The translations under genes were made by a program, and so were the position numbers. Under the pieces are notes generated by a model. The model had not been told where the DNA came from and ran no database searches. It worked only from the letters and a program-made list of their open reading frames with translations. A stretch of DNA of 64,000 nt, taken from the NCBI GenBank assembly GCA_026415575.1, contig JAOAGV010000011.1:625-64624 (forward strand), read 5' to 3'. Of this stretch, positions 19,859 through 29,455 are shown piece by piece. The stretch comes from Candidatus Sumerlaeia bacterium (GTDB lineage: Bacteria; Sumerlaeota; Sumerlaeia; JADFCW01). The number at the start of each line of letters is the position of its first letter. Within the stretch, counting starts at the first letter, position 1.

Positions 19859-22800
19859 ATGTTTTTCAAACGACTCGAAATGGTGGGCTTCAAGTCTTTC
19901 GCCACCAAGACAGTGTTGGAGTTTCTGCCGGGAATCACGGTCATCGTGGGTCCCAACGGTTGCGGCAAGAGCAACGTTTTCGACGCCGTGCGCTGGGCGC
20001 TGGGTGAACAGCGGGCGCGGTCGCTTCGCGGCCAGCGCATGGGCGACGTGATTTTCTCGGGCAGCACATCGGTCAAAGCCCAATCCATGGCCTCAGTGAC
20101 GCTGGTGATCAACAACGAGGACCGGCGGCTGCCGATTGACTTTACGGAAATTCAGGTGGCCCGCAAACTTTACAAAGTCGGCGCCGAGGAATACGAAAGC
20201 GAATACTATCTCAACCGAACCCCCTGCCGGCTGCGCGAAATCACCGACCTGTTTATGGACACGGGAGTCGGAACGGACTCCTATTCGATCATGGAGCAGG
20301 GACAGGTGGATTTCATCATCAACGCGCGGCCCAATGAGCGGCGGTTTCTGTTCGACGAAGCGGTGGGGATTTCCAAATACCGCACGCGGCGCGAAGAGGC
20401 GTTGCGCAAACTCGAGCGCGCCGAAGCTGATCTGGTGCGGTTGAATGACATTCTGTCGGAGCTGAAGACGCGCCTCCGTTCGCTGAAGATTCAGGCCAAC
20501 CGTGCCGAGCGCTACAAACAACTGGTGGCCGAAGTCCGCCAACTCGAACGCAACTTGCTGCTGCTCAGCTATCGCGAATTGCTGGCGGAAAAACAGCGCG
20601 TGGACGACCAGTTCGACTCGCTCAACGCCGTCGTGCAGGGCTGGATTGCGCAGATAGCCCAACTGGAGCAGGCCCTGTTGGACAAGCAGGTCGAGATGGA
20701 CGCTCTTGACCGCGACATTCAGTCCGCTCGGTCGCGCCGGTCGGAAACCTCGGCCGAACTTGAGCGGGTGCAAAGCCATCGGGCTGTTCTGCGCGAGCGG
20801 ATCGAAACAACCGAGGCGCAAATGCGGCGCGACGAAGCGCAAATCGCCTCGCTGCGCCAGAGCCGCGAGGAGTTAATCGAGCGCCGCGCCCGTCTGGCCG
20901 GCCAAATCGCTGAAGTCGCCGCGGAACTGAACCGGCTGGATGCGGAATATCAGACCCGGCGCGAGCAATTTGAGGAACTTCTCAAGACACAGTCCGATGC
21001 ACGCGAGCGTCTCGCTGCATTGCGGGAACAAACCCGTCGGGCCGTCGAAGAAAAAACCCGCCATGAAAACGAGCACCGCATTGCGGGCCTGATGAAACAA
21101 CAAGCCCTCGAAAACCTCGCCCAAGCCCAAGGGCAGCGGGAGCAAATCGCCGCCCGCCGTCTTGCTCTTGACGAGCGGCTGGCCGCGCTCCAAACCCACC
21201 GGGCTGCCTTGGCCGAACGGATCGCGCACCTGCAGAGCGAAATCGAGCGGCTGGAAGCAGTGCGGCGCGACCACGCCGAGCAACTGCGCGCGCTCGAACA
21301 GGAAAAAGCAGCGACAGCCCGCGCCCGCAGCGATGCCGACTCGCGCCGCCAAGCGCTTCGCTCCCTTCAGGACAACTATGAAGGCTATGTGCGCGGCGTG
21401 CGCGAACTCATGAATGCCGCCGGACGCGGCGACCTCGCCGGCGTGGTCGGCATCCTTCCCAACTGCATCGAATCCCGCCCCGAAGACGACCTCGCCATCG
21501 AGACTGCACTGGCCGGCCACTTGCAGGACATTCTTGTCGAAACCGAGGAGACTGCACTGGCCGGCATCGAACTTCTGCGACAAGGCCAGCTGGGCCGGGC
21601 CACCTTCCTTCCCCTTGACCGCATCGCCCCGCCGCCTCGCGATCCCCTGCTGACGGCTCTCGTCACCCGTGAGGGTGTGGTGGGAATCGCGGCCGATCTG
21701 GTCCGCTGCGAGGAGCGTCTGGTCCGCGCGGTCGAAGCGATCCTCGGGCAGACGGCCATTGTCGAAACCCTCGAAACGGCCCGCACGCTGCGCGACGAGG
21801 GCTATGCCGTTCGTTTTGTCGCGCGCGACGGAACAGTGCTGGCGGCCGACGGCTCGATCAGCGGCGGCCATGTGCGGGCAACGGGCCTCCTCGGTCGCGA
21901 GCGCGAAATCCGCGAACTGGGCGGGCAGATAGCCCTTTGCGACGAACGGCTCCAACAGATCGAAGCGCAAATTGCCGGACAGACCTCGGCCCTCGAAGCG
22001 GCCGCCGCGGAGCGCGAATCGGTTCAGGGCCGTCTCGCCCAAGCGCGCACAGAGCTGGCGGCCATGGACCGCGACATTGAGCGCGCCGCCGAGGATCGCA
22101 CCGAGGCCCTCCGCGCGCTGGAACTGGCCCAGCGGGAAATCGAGCGGCTTCAGCAGAAGATCGCCGAATATGAGCGGGCAGTCGAAGAGCATCGGCAGGC
22201 GCTGGACGCAAGCGATGCACGCAACGCCGAGCTGGCCTCGCAGCTGGCGCAAAGCGAGCAGGCCCGCGAAAGCCACGACCGCCAGGTCGCGCTCCTGCAG
22301 GAATCACTGGCGCAGATGCTGGCGCAGGTGTCCGCTGCGCGTGAGCGCCATGAGGCCGCCCGCCAGCGTCTGGCGGAGATGGACAATGAACTGCGGCGAA
22401 GCGACGGGCAAATTCTTCAGCATCAACAGCAGCTGGAATCGCTTGCCCAGACGCTCGATCACGCCGTCGCCGAATTGGACGACAGCCGCCAGCGCCACGA
22501 GGAATTGACCGCCGCGCTGGCGGAGCTCGACCGCCAGATCGCCGGCCAGTTGGCCGCGCGCGAGGCGGCCCACGACGCGGTGCAGCAGTTACAGCATGAG
22601 GTTCATGCGCTCCAGCGCCAGCGCAATGAGCAGCAGAATGATCTGCACGAAATAGACCGGCGCCGGGCGCAGTGCGAGGTGCAAATCCAGAACCTCAACG
22701 AGCAGGCGCAGGAGAAATTCCACGCACCGATCGCCCAACTGGCCGAAGAGACCAGCCGCGTGGACAAGCCCCGCGAGCAAATCGTGGCCGAGATCGCCGA

Positions 22801-23443
22801 CCTGCGCGGCCGGATCGAGTCCATGGGCGAAGTCAATGTGATCGCCATCGAGGAACACCGCCAGTTGTCCGAGCGGTTCGATTTTCTCGAACGCCAGCGG
22901 CTGGATCTCGAAGAGGCGCGAACGTCGCTTCGCAAGACCATCCAGACCATAGATGAAACCAGCACCGAAAGGTTCAACGAGGGCATGGCCAGTATCCGCG
23001 AGAAATTCCACGAGACGTTCCGGCGGCTGTTTGGCGGCGGGCGGGCCGATTTGATCCTGACCGAACCGGACGACGTTCTGAATTCCGGCGTCGAGATTGT
23101 GGCCCAACCGCCCGGCAAGCAGCCGCAAAGTATCACGTTGCTTTCGGGCGGCGAAAAGGCCATGACCGCCATCGCCCTGCTTTTCGGCATCTTCCTCCAC
23201 CGGCCCAGCCCGTTCTGCGTGCTCGATGAGATTGATGCGCCCTTGGACGATGCAAATATCGAGCGCTTCAAAGACATGGTCTCGGAGTTCAGCAAGAACG
23301 TCCAGTTCATCATCATCACCCACAACAAACAAACCATGGCGCTGGCCGATACTCTATATGGGGTGACGATGGAAGAGCCGGGAGTTTCGCGCATTGTCTC
23401 GGTGCGATTTGATCAGATCGAACAAACCGCCTTTGCGGGATGA
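19859..23443 (+). CDS. smc: Chromosome segregation protein SMC
   Basis: It has a Walker A (GPNGCGKSN) at the N-terminus, long coiled coils, a hinge, and a C-terminal signature LSGGEKAMTAIALLF plus Walker B DEIDAPLD. Confidence 0.95.
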   Translation: MFFKRLEMVGFKSFATKTVLEFLPGITVIVGPNGCGKSNVFDAVRWALGEQRARSLRGQRMGDVIFSGSTSVKAQSMASVTLVINNEDRRLPIDFTEIQVARKLYKVGAEEYESEYYLNRTPCRLREITDLFMDTGVGTDSYSIMEQGQVDFIINARPNERRFLFDEAVGISKYRTRREEALRKLERAEADLVRLNDILSELKTRLRSLKIQANRAERYKQLVAEVRQLERNLLLLSYRELLAEKQRVDDQFDSLNAVVQGWIAQIAQLEQALLDKQVEMDALDRDIQSARSRRSETSAELERVQSHRAVLRERIETTEAQMRRDEAQIASLRQSREELIERRARLAGQIAEVAAELNRLDAEYQTRREQFEELLKTQSDARERLAALREQTRRAVEEKTRHENEHRIAGLMKQQALENLAQAQGQREQIAARRLALDERLAALQTHRAALAERIAHLQSEIERLEAVRRDHAEQLRALEQEKAATARARSDADSRRQALRSLQDNYEGYVRGVRELMNAAGRGDLAGVVGILPNCIESRPEDDLAIETALAGHLQDILVETEETALAGIELLRQGQLGRATFLPLDRIAPPPRDPLLTALVTREGVVGIAADLVRCEERLVRAVEAILGQTAIVETLETARTLRDEGYAVRFVARDGTVLAADGSISGGHVRATGLLGREREIRELGGQIALCDERLQQIEAQIAGQTSALEAAAAERESVQGRLAQARTELAAMDRDIERAAEDRTEALRALELAQREIERLQQKIAEYERAVEEHRQALDASDARNAELASQLAQSEQARESHDRQVALLQESLAQMLAQVSAARERHEAARQRLAEMDNELRRSDGQILQHQQQLESLAQTLDHAVAELDDSRQRHEELTAALAELDRQIAGQLAAREAAHDAVQQLQHEVHALQRQRNEQQNDLHEIDRRRAQCEVQIQNLNEQAQEKFHAPIAQLAEETSRVDKPREQIVAEIADLRGRIESMGEVNVIAIEEHRQLSERFDFLERQRLDLEEARTSLRKTIQTIDETSTERFNEGMASIREKFHETFRRLFGGGRADLILTEPDDVLNSGVEIVAQPPGKQPQSITLLSGGEKAMTAIALLFGIFLHRPSPFCVLDEIDAPLDDANIERFKDMVSEFSKNVQFIIITHNKQTMALADTLYGVTMEEPGVSRIVSVRFDQIEQTAFAG

Positions 23444-23608
23444 TCGGGTGCGGCCGGAGAGCGGTTTGCCGCAACGTAAAAGTGTTTGACAAATGCGGCA
23501 TTTGAAGCGCAGATATTCCTTCCTTGATTTGTGGTGGTTGAAGCGGGAGTTCATTCTGACCATTGATGCCGGTTCTTGTTGGTAAATTGCAGAAAGGAGC
23601 AAACGAAC

Positions 23609-24349
23609 ATGGGTAAAGGGATGAGCACTCTAATTCACTGGGTGTGGGCCGGGGTGGTCATGGCGGCCTTGATTGGCTGCGGGCCGGACGTCCGCAAGGA
23701 CCCGTTTATTGCCGACAAGTTTACGCAGATAGACAATGCGCTGGCCAAAACCAAAGACCTTCCGACGCGAATGCAGGAACTCAACGATGAACTGACCGCC
23801 CTGAAAAGCAGCATGAAGGCTCTGCGGGCCGACGCGCTATCGGCCTCGACCCCGATTGCCTTGGCCAACCGGGTCAATCAAATTGATCAGCGCGTGAGTG
23901 CGATTGAGGGACGGTTAGCCGCGCTGGAAGGCGCAATCAAGGCCTTGGGCAAAGGGGCGGCGGCAGTGCCGGCGGCTCCGACAAAAGTCGCGGCGACCCC
24001 CGCTGCACCTGCGCCGGCTGCCCCGACCAAAGCGGCGGCTCCGGTGCCCGCGCCCAAAGCCACTCCCATCGCCTTGAAAACCGGCGCACCCGCCGCACCG
24101 ACTTCCCCCGTCAAAACAGCGGCAAAAGCACCGTCCTCCGCCGCCAAGGCAACCGGCACCGGACGGGCGGGTCAGGCCGTAACGCCCAAAACCACCGCCG
24201 GCTATTACATTGTCGTCGAAGGCGATACCTTGCAGAGCATCGCCCGCAAACGGGGTGTAACGGTCGAAGCGATTTTGCGCGCGAACACTTTCCTGCGCAG
24301 CGACACCACCTTAATGCCGGGTCAACAACTGTGGATTCCGGCCAAATAA
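23609..24349 (+). CDS. LysM-domain lipoprotein with an Ala/Pro-rich linker
   Basis: An ATG at 23609 is preceded by AAAGGAGC. It has the lipobox LIGC and a C-terminal LysM (YYIVVEGDTLQSIARKRGV). Confidence 0.75.
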   Translation: MGKGMSTLIHWVWAGVVMAALIGCGPDVRKDPFIADKFTQIDNALAKTKDLPTRMQELNDELTALKSSMKALRADALSASTPIALANRVNQIDQRVSAIEGRLAALEGAIKALGKGAAAVPAAPTKVAATPAAPAPAAPTKAAAPVPAPKATPIALKTGAPAAPTSPVKTAAKAPSSAAKATGTGRAGQAVTPKTTAGYYIVVEGDTLQSIARKRGVTVEAILRANTFLRSDTTLMPGQQLWIPAK

Positions 24350-24493
24350 AACACGCGAACGTTTGATGCAGGCAGATCAACCGGTCGCCTCGCGATTGAA
24401 AATCGCGGGGCGATCTTTGTTTGGGGCACACACCCTTCTTTATGCTGATGAACCGCCAATTCGGCAACATTCACAGGCAACGAGGCGCGATGA

Positions 24494-25177
24494 ATGTCGG
24501 AGCGAATCGTCAAACTTCGGGTAATCCGCAAGCGCGGTCGGCACCGCGTTTGTGTGGAGCTGAGCAGCGGCGAGTCCATCGAGGTGGCCCCGGAAGCCGC
24601 CGTTGGACGACATTTGAAGTCCGGCGATGAACTGCGCGCGGAAGAGATTGAGACCCTGCGTGCCGAGGATGAAACGCTACGCGCCCGCCAGCGTCTGGCG
24701 CAGTATCTGGCCCTGCGCGTCAAGTCGGTCGCCAATGCGCGGCTCTATCTGGAAAAAGCTGGTTTCAGCGAGAGGGCAATAAACACAGCTTTATCCGACG
24801 CCCTCGCAAATGGGTTGCTTGACGATCACCGGTTCGCCTTGCGGTATGTGCGCACGAAGCGAAAAGTCGGCGGGGTCGGACCCTTGCGGCTGGTTCATGA
24901 GCTGATTGCGCATGGCGTCGAGCCGTCGCTGGCCGAAGAGATTGTGAGGCAGGAGTTGGGTTCGGATCAGGAGCAGCGCGCGGCCGATGTGCTGGCACGG
25001 AAACTGGCACAAAAGTTCGCCCACGCCGGCGAAACCGCCGACGCCGTTCGGCGCATTTGCGATTCGCTTCGCCGCAGGGGATTCAATGACGACATTGCCT
25101 ATGCCGCCGCCGAGCGTGCGGTGAAGGACCTGCCCAACAATCCCATGCGGCCGCCCTCCACAATCTGCGATATGTGA
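24494..25177 (+). CDS. recX: RecA regulator RecX
   Basis: It has the RecX three-repeat helical architecture (YLEKAGFSERAINTALSDALANGLLDDHRFA...). Confidence 0.8.
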   Translation: MSERIVKLRVIRKRGRHRVCVELSSGESIEVAPEAAVGRHLKSGDELRAEEIETLRAEDETLRARQRLAQYLALRVKSVANARLYLEKAGFSERAINTALSDALANGLLDDHRFALRYVRTKRKVGGVGPLRLVHELIAHGVEPSLAEEIVRQELGSDQEQRAADVLARKLAQKFAHAGETADAVRRICDSLRRRGFNDDIAYAAAERAVKDLPNNPMRPPSTICDM

Positions 25178-25289
25178 ACGTATCAAAAACGGGGCGGGAA
25201 AAATACCGGCCAAAAGGCTCGTGGCGCAAACCTCCGTTTGTTGGATGTCCAACCCTTTGGAGTGAGCGCGGCCAAGTTCTGCAAGAGCC

Positions 25290-26396
25290 TTACCAGCTTT
25301 TTGCTTTTGCCACGTGCTCGAGGACGCGGACAATGCGCTGGGCGGCGCGGCCGTCCCAGTATTTTGGAATCCTGCCGGCTTTCCATTTGCCCGCGAGAAT
25401 GCGCTCGACGCCGGCGAGGATTTTCGCGCGATCGCGTCCCACCAGCTCGCTCGTCCCCTCGGCCACGGTGATCGGCCGTTCGGTGTTTTCGCGAAGGGTC
25501 AGGCATGGAACGCGCAAGACAGTCGTTTCCTCCTGAATGCCGCCGCTGTCGGTCAGAACCAACCGTGCATCCATCATCAGTTTCATAAAGTCGAGGTAAC
25601 CCAGCGGCTCGATTAGGAGAATGTTTGGATGGCGGGCGGCGCGGCGGAGGCCGGGCGAGGCCTCGATTCTCGCGCGCGTTCGTGGATGAAGGGGAAAAAC
25701 CACCGGTAGGCGCTCTGCCACTTCGCGGAGTGTTCCAAGAAAATGGCGCAAGTCGCCCGGACGGTCCACATTGCTGGGGCGGTGAAGCGTCAGCAGGGCA
25801 TAGCCGTGCGGCACCAGCCCGAGCCGTCCGACCACGTCCGACTTTTCGGCGAGAGGGCGGAACCGTTTCAGCGAGTCTATCATCACATTGCCGACAAAGT
25901 GGATCTTCCGCCGGTCAATGCCCTCTGCCACAAGATTGTCAATCGCGTCCTTGCAGGTAACGAACAGAAGGTCGCTAATCTGGTCGGTCAGCAGGCGATT
26001 GATTTCTTCGGGCATCGTGCGGTCGCGGCTGCGCAGGCCCGCCTCGACATGGACTACCCGGACGCCCAGTTTGACCGCCACCAACGCACAGGCAATCGTC
26101 GAGTTGACATCGCCGACCACAAGGACGGCGTCGGGCCGCAGGCGCTCGACCACGGGCTCGAACCGCGTCATGATGGCCGCGGTTTGTTGGGCGTGCGAGC
26201 TGCTGCCAACCTCGAGGTTGACATCGGGCCGCGGCAGGCCCATCTCATCGAAAAACAGCTTCGACATGTTGTGGTCGTAGTGTTGGCCTGTGTGAACAAG
26301 CCACGAGCGCAGGCGCCGCGATGTCTTCATCGCCGCGACAATCGGGGCAATCTTGACGAAATTCGGCCGCGCACCGACGACATTGAGGATTTTCAT
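25290..26396 (-). CDS. wecB: UDP-N-acetylglucosamine 2-epimerase (non-hydrolysing)
   Basis: MKILNVVGARPNFVKIAP...HTGQHYD...HVEAGLRS are WecB hallmarks. The start is chosen at 26396; 26405 is an alternative. Confidence 0.85.
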   Translation of the reverse strand: MKILNVVGARPNFVKIAPIVAAMKTSRRLRSWLVHTGQHYDHNMSKLFFDEMGLPRPDVNLEVGSSSHAQQTAAIMTRFEPVVERLRPDAVLVVGDVNSTIACALVAVKLGVRVVHVEAGLRSRDRTMPEEINRLLTDQISDLLFVTCKDAIDNLVAEGIDRRKIHFVGNVMIDSLKRFRPLAEKSDVVGRLGLVPHGYALLTLHRPSNVDRPGDLRHFLGTLREVAERLPVVFPLHPRTRARIEASPGLRRAARHPNILLIEPLGYLDFMKLMMDARLVLTDSGGIQEETTVLRVPCLTLRENTERPITVAEGTSELVGRDRAKILAGVERILAGKWKAGRIPKYWDGRAAQRIVRVLEHVAKAKSW

Positions 26397-26416
26397 GCGC
26401 TTCATCCCATCCAGAA

Positions 26417-27358
26417 TTATGGCCGGCGATCCAAAGCCGAAAAATACGATTCCACAAACCGATACTCCAACACGCGCTCGTACCATCGCTGCGGCAATGC
26501 AATGCCCGCGAGATCCGCCGCCGCAATCATCCGTGTCAACAGTGCATTGTGCAGGCGCCGTCTCCGCCCCAGCCGCGTCCGGTGCGCCTCGCACGGGATC
26601 AGGCCTTCGTCAGCGCGCAGCTCCGGATACTTCTGCGCAAACCGAACCATGCTTTCGCCCAGACGCTCCATCCGCACGACAAATTCCCAGAACCGGATAA
26701 CATGGTCGTGCCAGGCCAGCGCCGGCCGGTGGAACACAATCCGCAGCCCGCGCTTCTCCAGCCGATAGCCCAAGTCGGCGTCTTCGAGCACGGCATACGG
26801 ATACTCCTCGTCAAACCGTTCGAGGTCCAGCCAATGCCGCGCCAGCGAAATGTTCGATGTATAAAAGAACTGATAGCCGCAATGGTTCGGATCGCGGATT
26901 GTGGCATAGCGGAATTGGGGGCCTCGGTCGGGTGCCAGATAGCGCATGAACGGCGTGACGGGCAGGTCGGGCGCCCAGTCGGTAAAGCCCAGAATCGCGC
27001 AGTCCTCACGGCCCTTGGCCGCCGCCAGATGTTCGGCCAGAAGCGGCCGCGAAGCGACAATATCGTCGCCAAGAAACAAAATTCGCGCCCCGCGCGCCGC
27101 CTCAATCCCGCGGTTGCGTGCGGCCGCCGGTCCCCGCTTTGGCTCGATCAGCACCGTTGTGCGAAACGGCGCCGTCGCCGCCGCCCGCTGCACGTCCGCC
27201 AGCTGCGACGGGCTGCTGCCATTGTCCACAATTACTACATCAAAGCGCTCCGGTGCAAGCGTTTGCTGCTTCAGCGCCAGAAGACAGCACGCCAGCTGCT
27301 CCGCGCGGTTCAATGTCGGAATAATCACCGTCAACTCGCGATCCACCGCCGTGCTCAT
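26417..27358 (-). CDS. Family 2 glycosyltransferase
   Basis: The internal start MSTAVDRELTVIIPTLNRAE lies at 27358, and there is a DxD-like VIVDNGSS motif. The track ORF extends further upstream as untranslated noise. Confidence 0.8.
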   Translation of the reverse strand: MSTAVDRELTVIIPTLNRAEQLACCLLALKQQTLAPERFDVVIVDNGSSPSQLADVQRAAATAPFRTTVLIEPKRGPAAARNRGIEAARGARILFLGDDIVASRPLLAEHLAAAKGREDCAILGFTDWAPDLPVTPFMRYLAPDRGPQFRYATIRDPNHCGYQFFYTSNISLARHWLDLERFDEEYPYAVLEDADLGYRLEKRGLRIVFHRPALAWHDHVIRFWEFVVRMERLGESMVRFAQKYPELRADEGLIPCEAHRTRLGRRRRLHNALLTRMIAAADLAGIALPQRWYERVLEYRFVESYFSALDRRP

Positions 27359-28431
27359 CGGAAAATCCTGTAGAGCCGCCCCCGCAGCCGCAGCCAGCGC
27401 TCCAGCCAGCGCCGCCGCCGCTCGTTCGGAATGCCGTGAACGGCAAAGGCCTCGTAGAGGAATACACAATGCGTGCAACTGCACCGCGTGCCGACAATGG
27501 TCTGGCGCTCGGCCGCAGCCTCGGGCGACTGCAACACGGCGTGCAGGTCGTAAGCGCTTTGCCGCAGGTCGCCCACGACGCCGCGCAACTCGCAGGCCCG
27601 AACGCGTCCGTCCGACTCGATCACCGCCACCTCGCGCCCCGCCGGACAGGACGCCGGCCACCGCCCCCCGCGAAGCACGCGTTCCTGCCAGCGGTGCAAC
27701 TCACGCAAGTAGGGGGTTTCGTGCGGCCAGCGGCGCTTTTCCGCGTCGCCATGATAAAGCAAATGGTTGCGCAGCACGAGCCGGTTGATTCGCCGCAGCG
27801 CGCGATACGGCGGAAGCGCCAGACGGCTGTCACGTGGGGCGCCGCGAAGCAGCTCGACGTAGTGGCCGTTCACGTCCAGATGCTCCCGCACATAGTCGAG
27901 CAATTCAGGCAGATGCCGCCAGTTGGCATCGAACACCACGGTCGAGACATTGACGCGGAGCCGGTCGCATTGTTGGCGCAATTCCGCCACCATGCGAACC
28001 GTCTCGCAGGCTTTCTCGAAGGCGCCGGGCACCCCGCGTATGGCGTCATGTTTGGCTCCCACGCCGTCGAGCGACACGTTCACATCGAGCGCCATTCCCG
28101 GACACAGTTCGAGGATGCGCCGGGTGAAAAGCCGCGCGCGCTCGGGTAGAAGACCGTTGGTCGGCAGGCCGACGTTGCGCAGGCGGTTGCTGAGAAAAAA
28201 TGCCGCAACAACTTCCGGCAGGTCGTTGCGCAGCGTCGGTTCGCCGCCGGACAGAAGAAGCGTTTCAAGCGGGCCGATTTTTGCCGCAACCGCTTCAACT
28301 TCCTGCAGCGACAGATCGGGCCCTGCTCCGTCCATCTCCTTCCAATAAAAGCAGGTCTGGCAGCGCGAATTGCAGCGCGACGTGACAAAATAAATTACAT
28401 AGCGAAGGGGACTGGCAGGGGTGGTGTTCAA
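27355..28431 (-). CDS. Radical SAM protein with a C-terminal SPASM/twitch-like Cys cluster
   Basis: It has the CxxxCxxC motif TSRCNSRCQTCFYW, a C-terminal C...C...CSCTHC cluster, and stop/start overlap (ATGA) with the downstream GT2 at 27355-27358. No in-frame ATG lies upstream of the cluster, so a TTG start at 28431 is proposed. Confidence 0.7.
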   Translation of the reverse strand: MNTTPASPLRYVIYFVTSRCNSRCQTCFYWKEMDGAGPDLSLQEVEAVAAKIGPLETLLLSGGEPTLRNDLPEVVAAFFLSNRLRNVGLPTNGLLPERARLFTRRILELCPGMALDVNVSLDGVGAKHDAIRGVPGAFEKACETVRMVAELRQQCDRLRVNVSTVVFDANWRHLPELLDYVREHLDVNGHYVELLRGAPRDSRLALPPYRALRRINRLVLRNHLLYHGDAEKRRWPHETPYLRELHRWQERVLRGGRWPASCPAGREVAVIESDGRVRACELRGVVGDLRQSAYDLHAVLQSPEAAAERQTIVGTRCSCTHCVFLYEAFAVHGIPNERRRRWLERWLRLRGRLYRIFR

Positions 28432-28480
28432 CGGAAGATTCTTACGATTTCGATGTGAAATTTGCGCTCGGAGAATTTTG

Positions 28481-28508
28481 CATTTTTGAATCTTGGATTG
28501 AGAGTTGG
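28481..28508. repeat. GGATTG-heptad element copy (CATTTTTGAATCTTGGATTGAGAGTTGG)
   Basis: It lies in the intergenic region between the response regulator and radical SAM genes. Confidence 0.5.
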
Positions 28509-28631
28509 ACTGTGACGTCCACGTTACGTTGCATTTTTGTGCAGGGCGATTTCGAAAACCTTTGGCCGAAGTTTTGTTTTTTTTTGAATTGATAAATTGC
28601 GGTCGTGTCGTGTTCCTTCCGTTGCGGTGTT

Positions 28632-29003
28632 CTATGCCGAGGCATCTTCGTGCAGAGCAAGGCGCACTTTTTCCTTCAGGTCGTCGAGGTCCACCGGTTT
28701 GGTCAGATACGCAAACACCTCGGCGTCCCAGATCGTAAAGTCGTCCTTCAATCCGCGCACGGCCGTGCACATGATCACGGGCAGGTCGGGGTGCTTTTCC
28801 CGAATGGCATGCAACACCTCGATGCCCGTCATGTCGGCCATGCGGATGTCGAGGATGACAAGGTCGGGAGGCGAGGCGGCGATTTTTTGCAACGCTTCGG
28901 CGCCCGACTCGGCCAGCTCAACAATATAGCCGGCCTCTTCGAGCTCGTCCCTAAACAAAATCCGGATGTTCTTTTCATCATCAACCACAAGGATTCGGTG
29001 CAT
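28632..29003 (-). CDS. Single-domain response regulator (CheY-like receiver)
   Basis: The internal start MHRILVVDDEKNIR, the phosphoacceptor context LVILDIRMADMTG and the conserved K in YLTKP identify a receiver domain. The coordinate follows ORF-track arithmetic. Confidence 0.8.
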   Translation of the reverse strand: MHRILVVDDEKNIRILFRDELEEAGYIVELAESGAEALQKIAASPPDLVILDIRMADMTGIEVLHAIREKHPDLPVIMCTAVRGLKDDFTIWDAEVFAYLTKPVDLDDLKEKVRLALHEDASA

Positions 29004-29348
29004 GGCAGCCTCCCGGACACTCGCGCCGAATGGAATCAGACCCGTTCCCCGCTCTTGGCGGGCCGCAATGCAAAGCCAAGATGAATCGCACAGCCCGCCG
29101 GTTTCAACGAATTTCTTTGTCCCGTTCCTGCCTCCTGATTTTTCAAGGCCTTGCCGCATGCCAAGGCGCCAAAACACAAAGTCTTCCTTGGATTTCAGTT
29201 CGTCTCAGAAGAATCTGACCTTCTGCACTAACGCACACGACCGCTTGGCAGAATCATGAATGTTTCTTTTTGTTGTATCCGTGCCTTTGCGCCATGCTCT
29301 GTACGAGCGATCGCAGCCTGCCCTTCTGCCCGTGGACGCGAAAAGGTC

Positions 29349-29379
29349 TTGACGCGCGACCCTCTTTTTCCGCTATATT
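29349..29379 (+). promoter_or_regulatory. Candidate sigma70-type promoter (TTGACG-N19-TATATT) upstream of the 692-aa gene
   Basis: It lies about 80 nt upstream of the ATG at 29456; the 19-nt spacer is longer than optimal. Confidence 0.25.
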
Positions 29380-29455
29380 AGCCAAAGCTGGGTTTGCGTA
29401 AAGGGCCAAAGAGAATTCACAATTGAGAATCATTCCTAACTAGCTGGCGAAGGTT

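Noticed and set aside
27355-28431. Radical SAM/SPASM protein as an anaerobic sulfatase-maturating enzyme (anSME)
   Set aside because: It is tempting because sulfatases and an FGE are nearby. The C-terminal region has only about five cysteines rather than the two extra Cys4 clusters of anSMEs, and the operon partners are GT2/WecB. It is kept only as an alternative hypothesis.
28442-28534. 30-aa ORF upstream of the radical SAM gene as a confident RiPP precursor
   Set aside because: It has no Shine-Dalgarno sequence and no Cys residues. It overlaps the dispersed GGATTG element, so the sequence may be constrained at the DNA level instead. It is mentioned only as a weak candidate.
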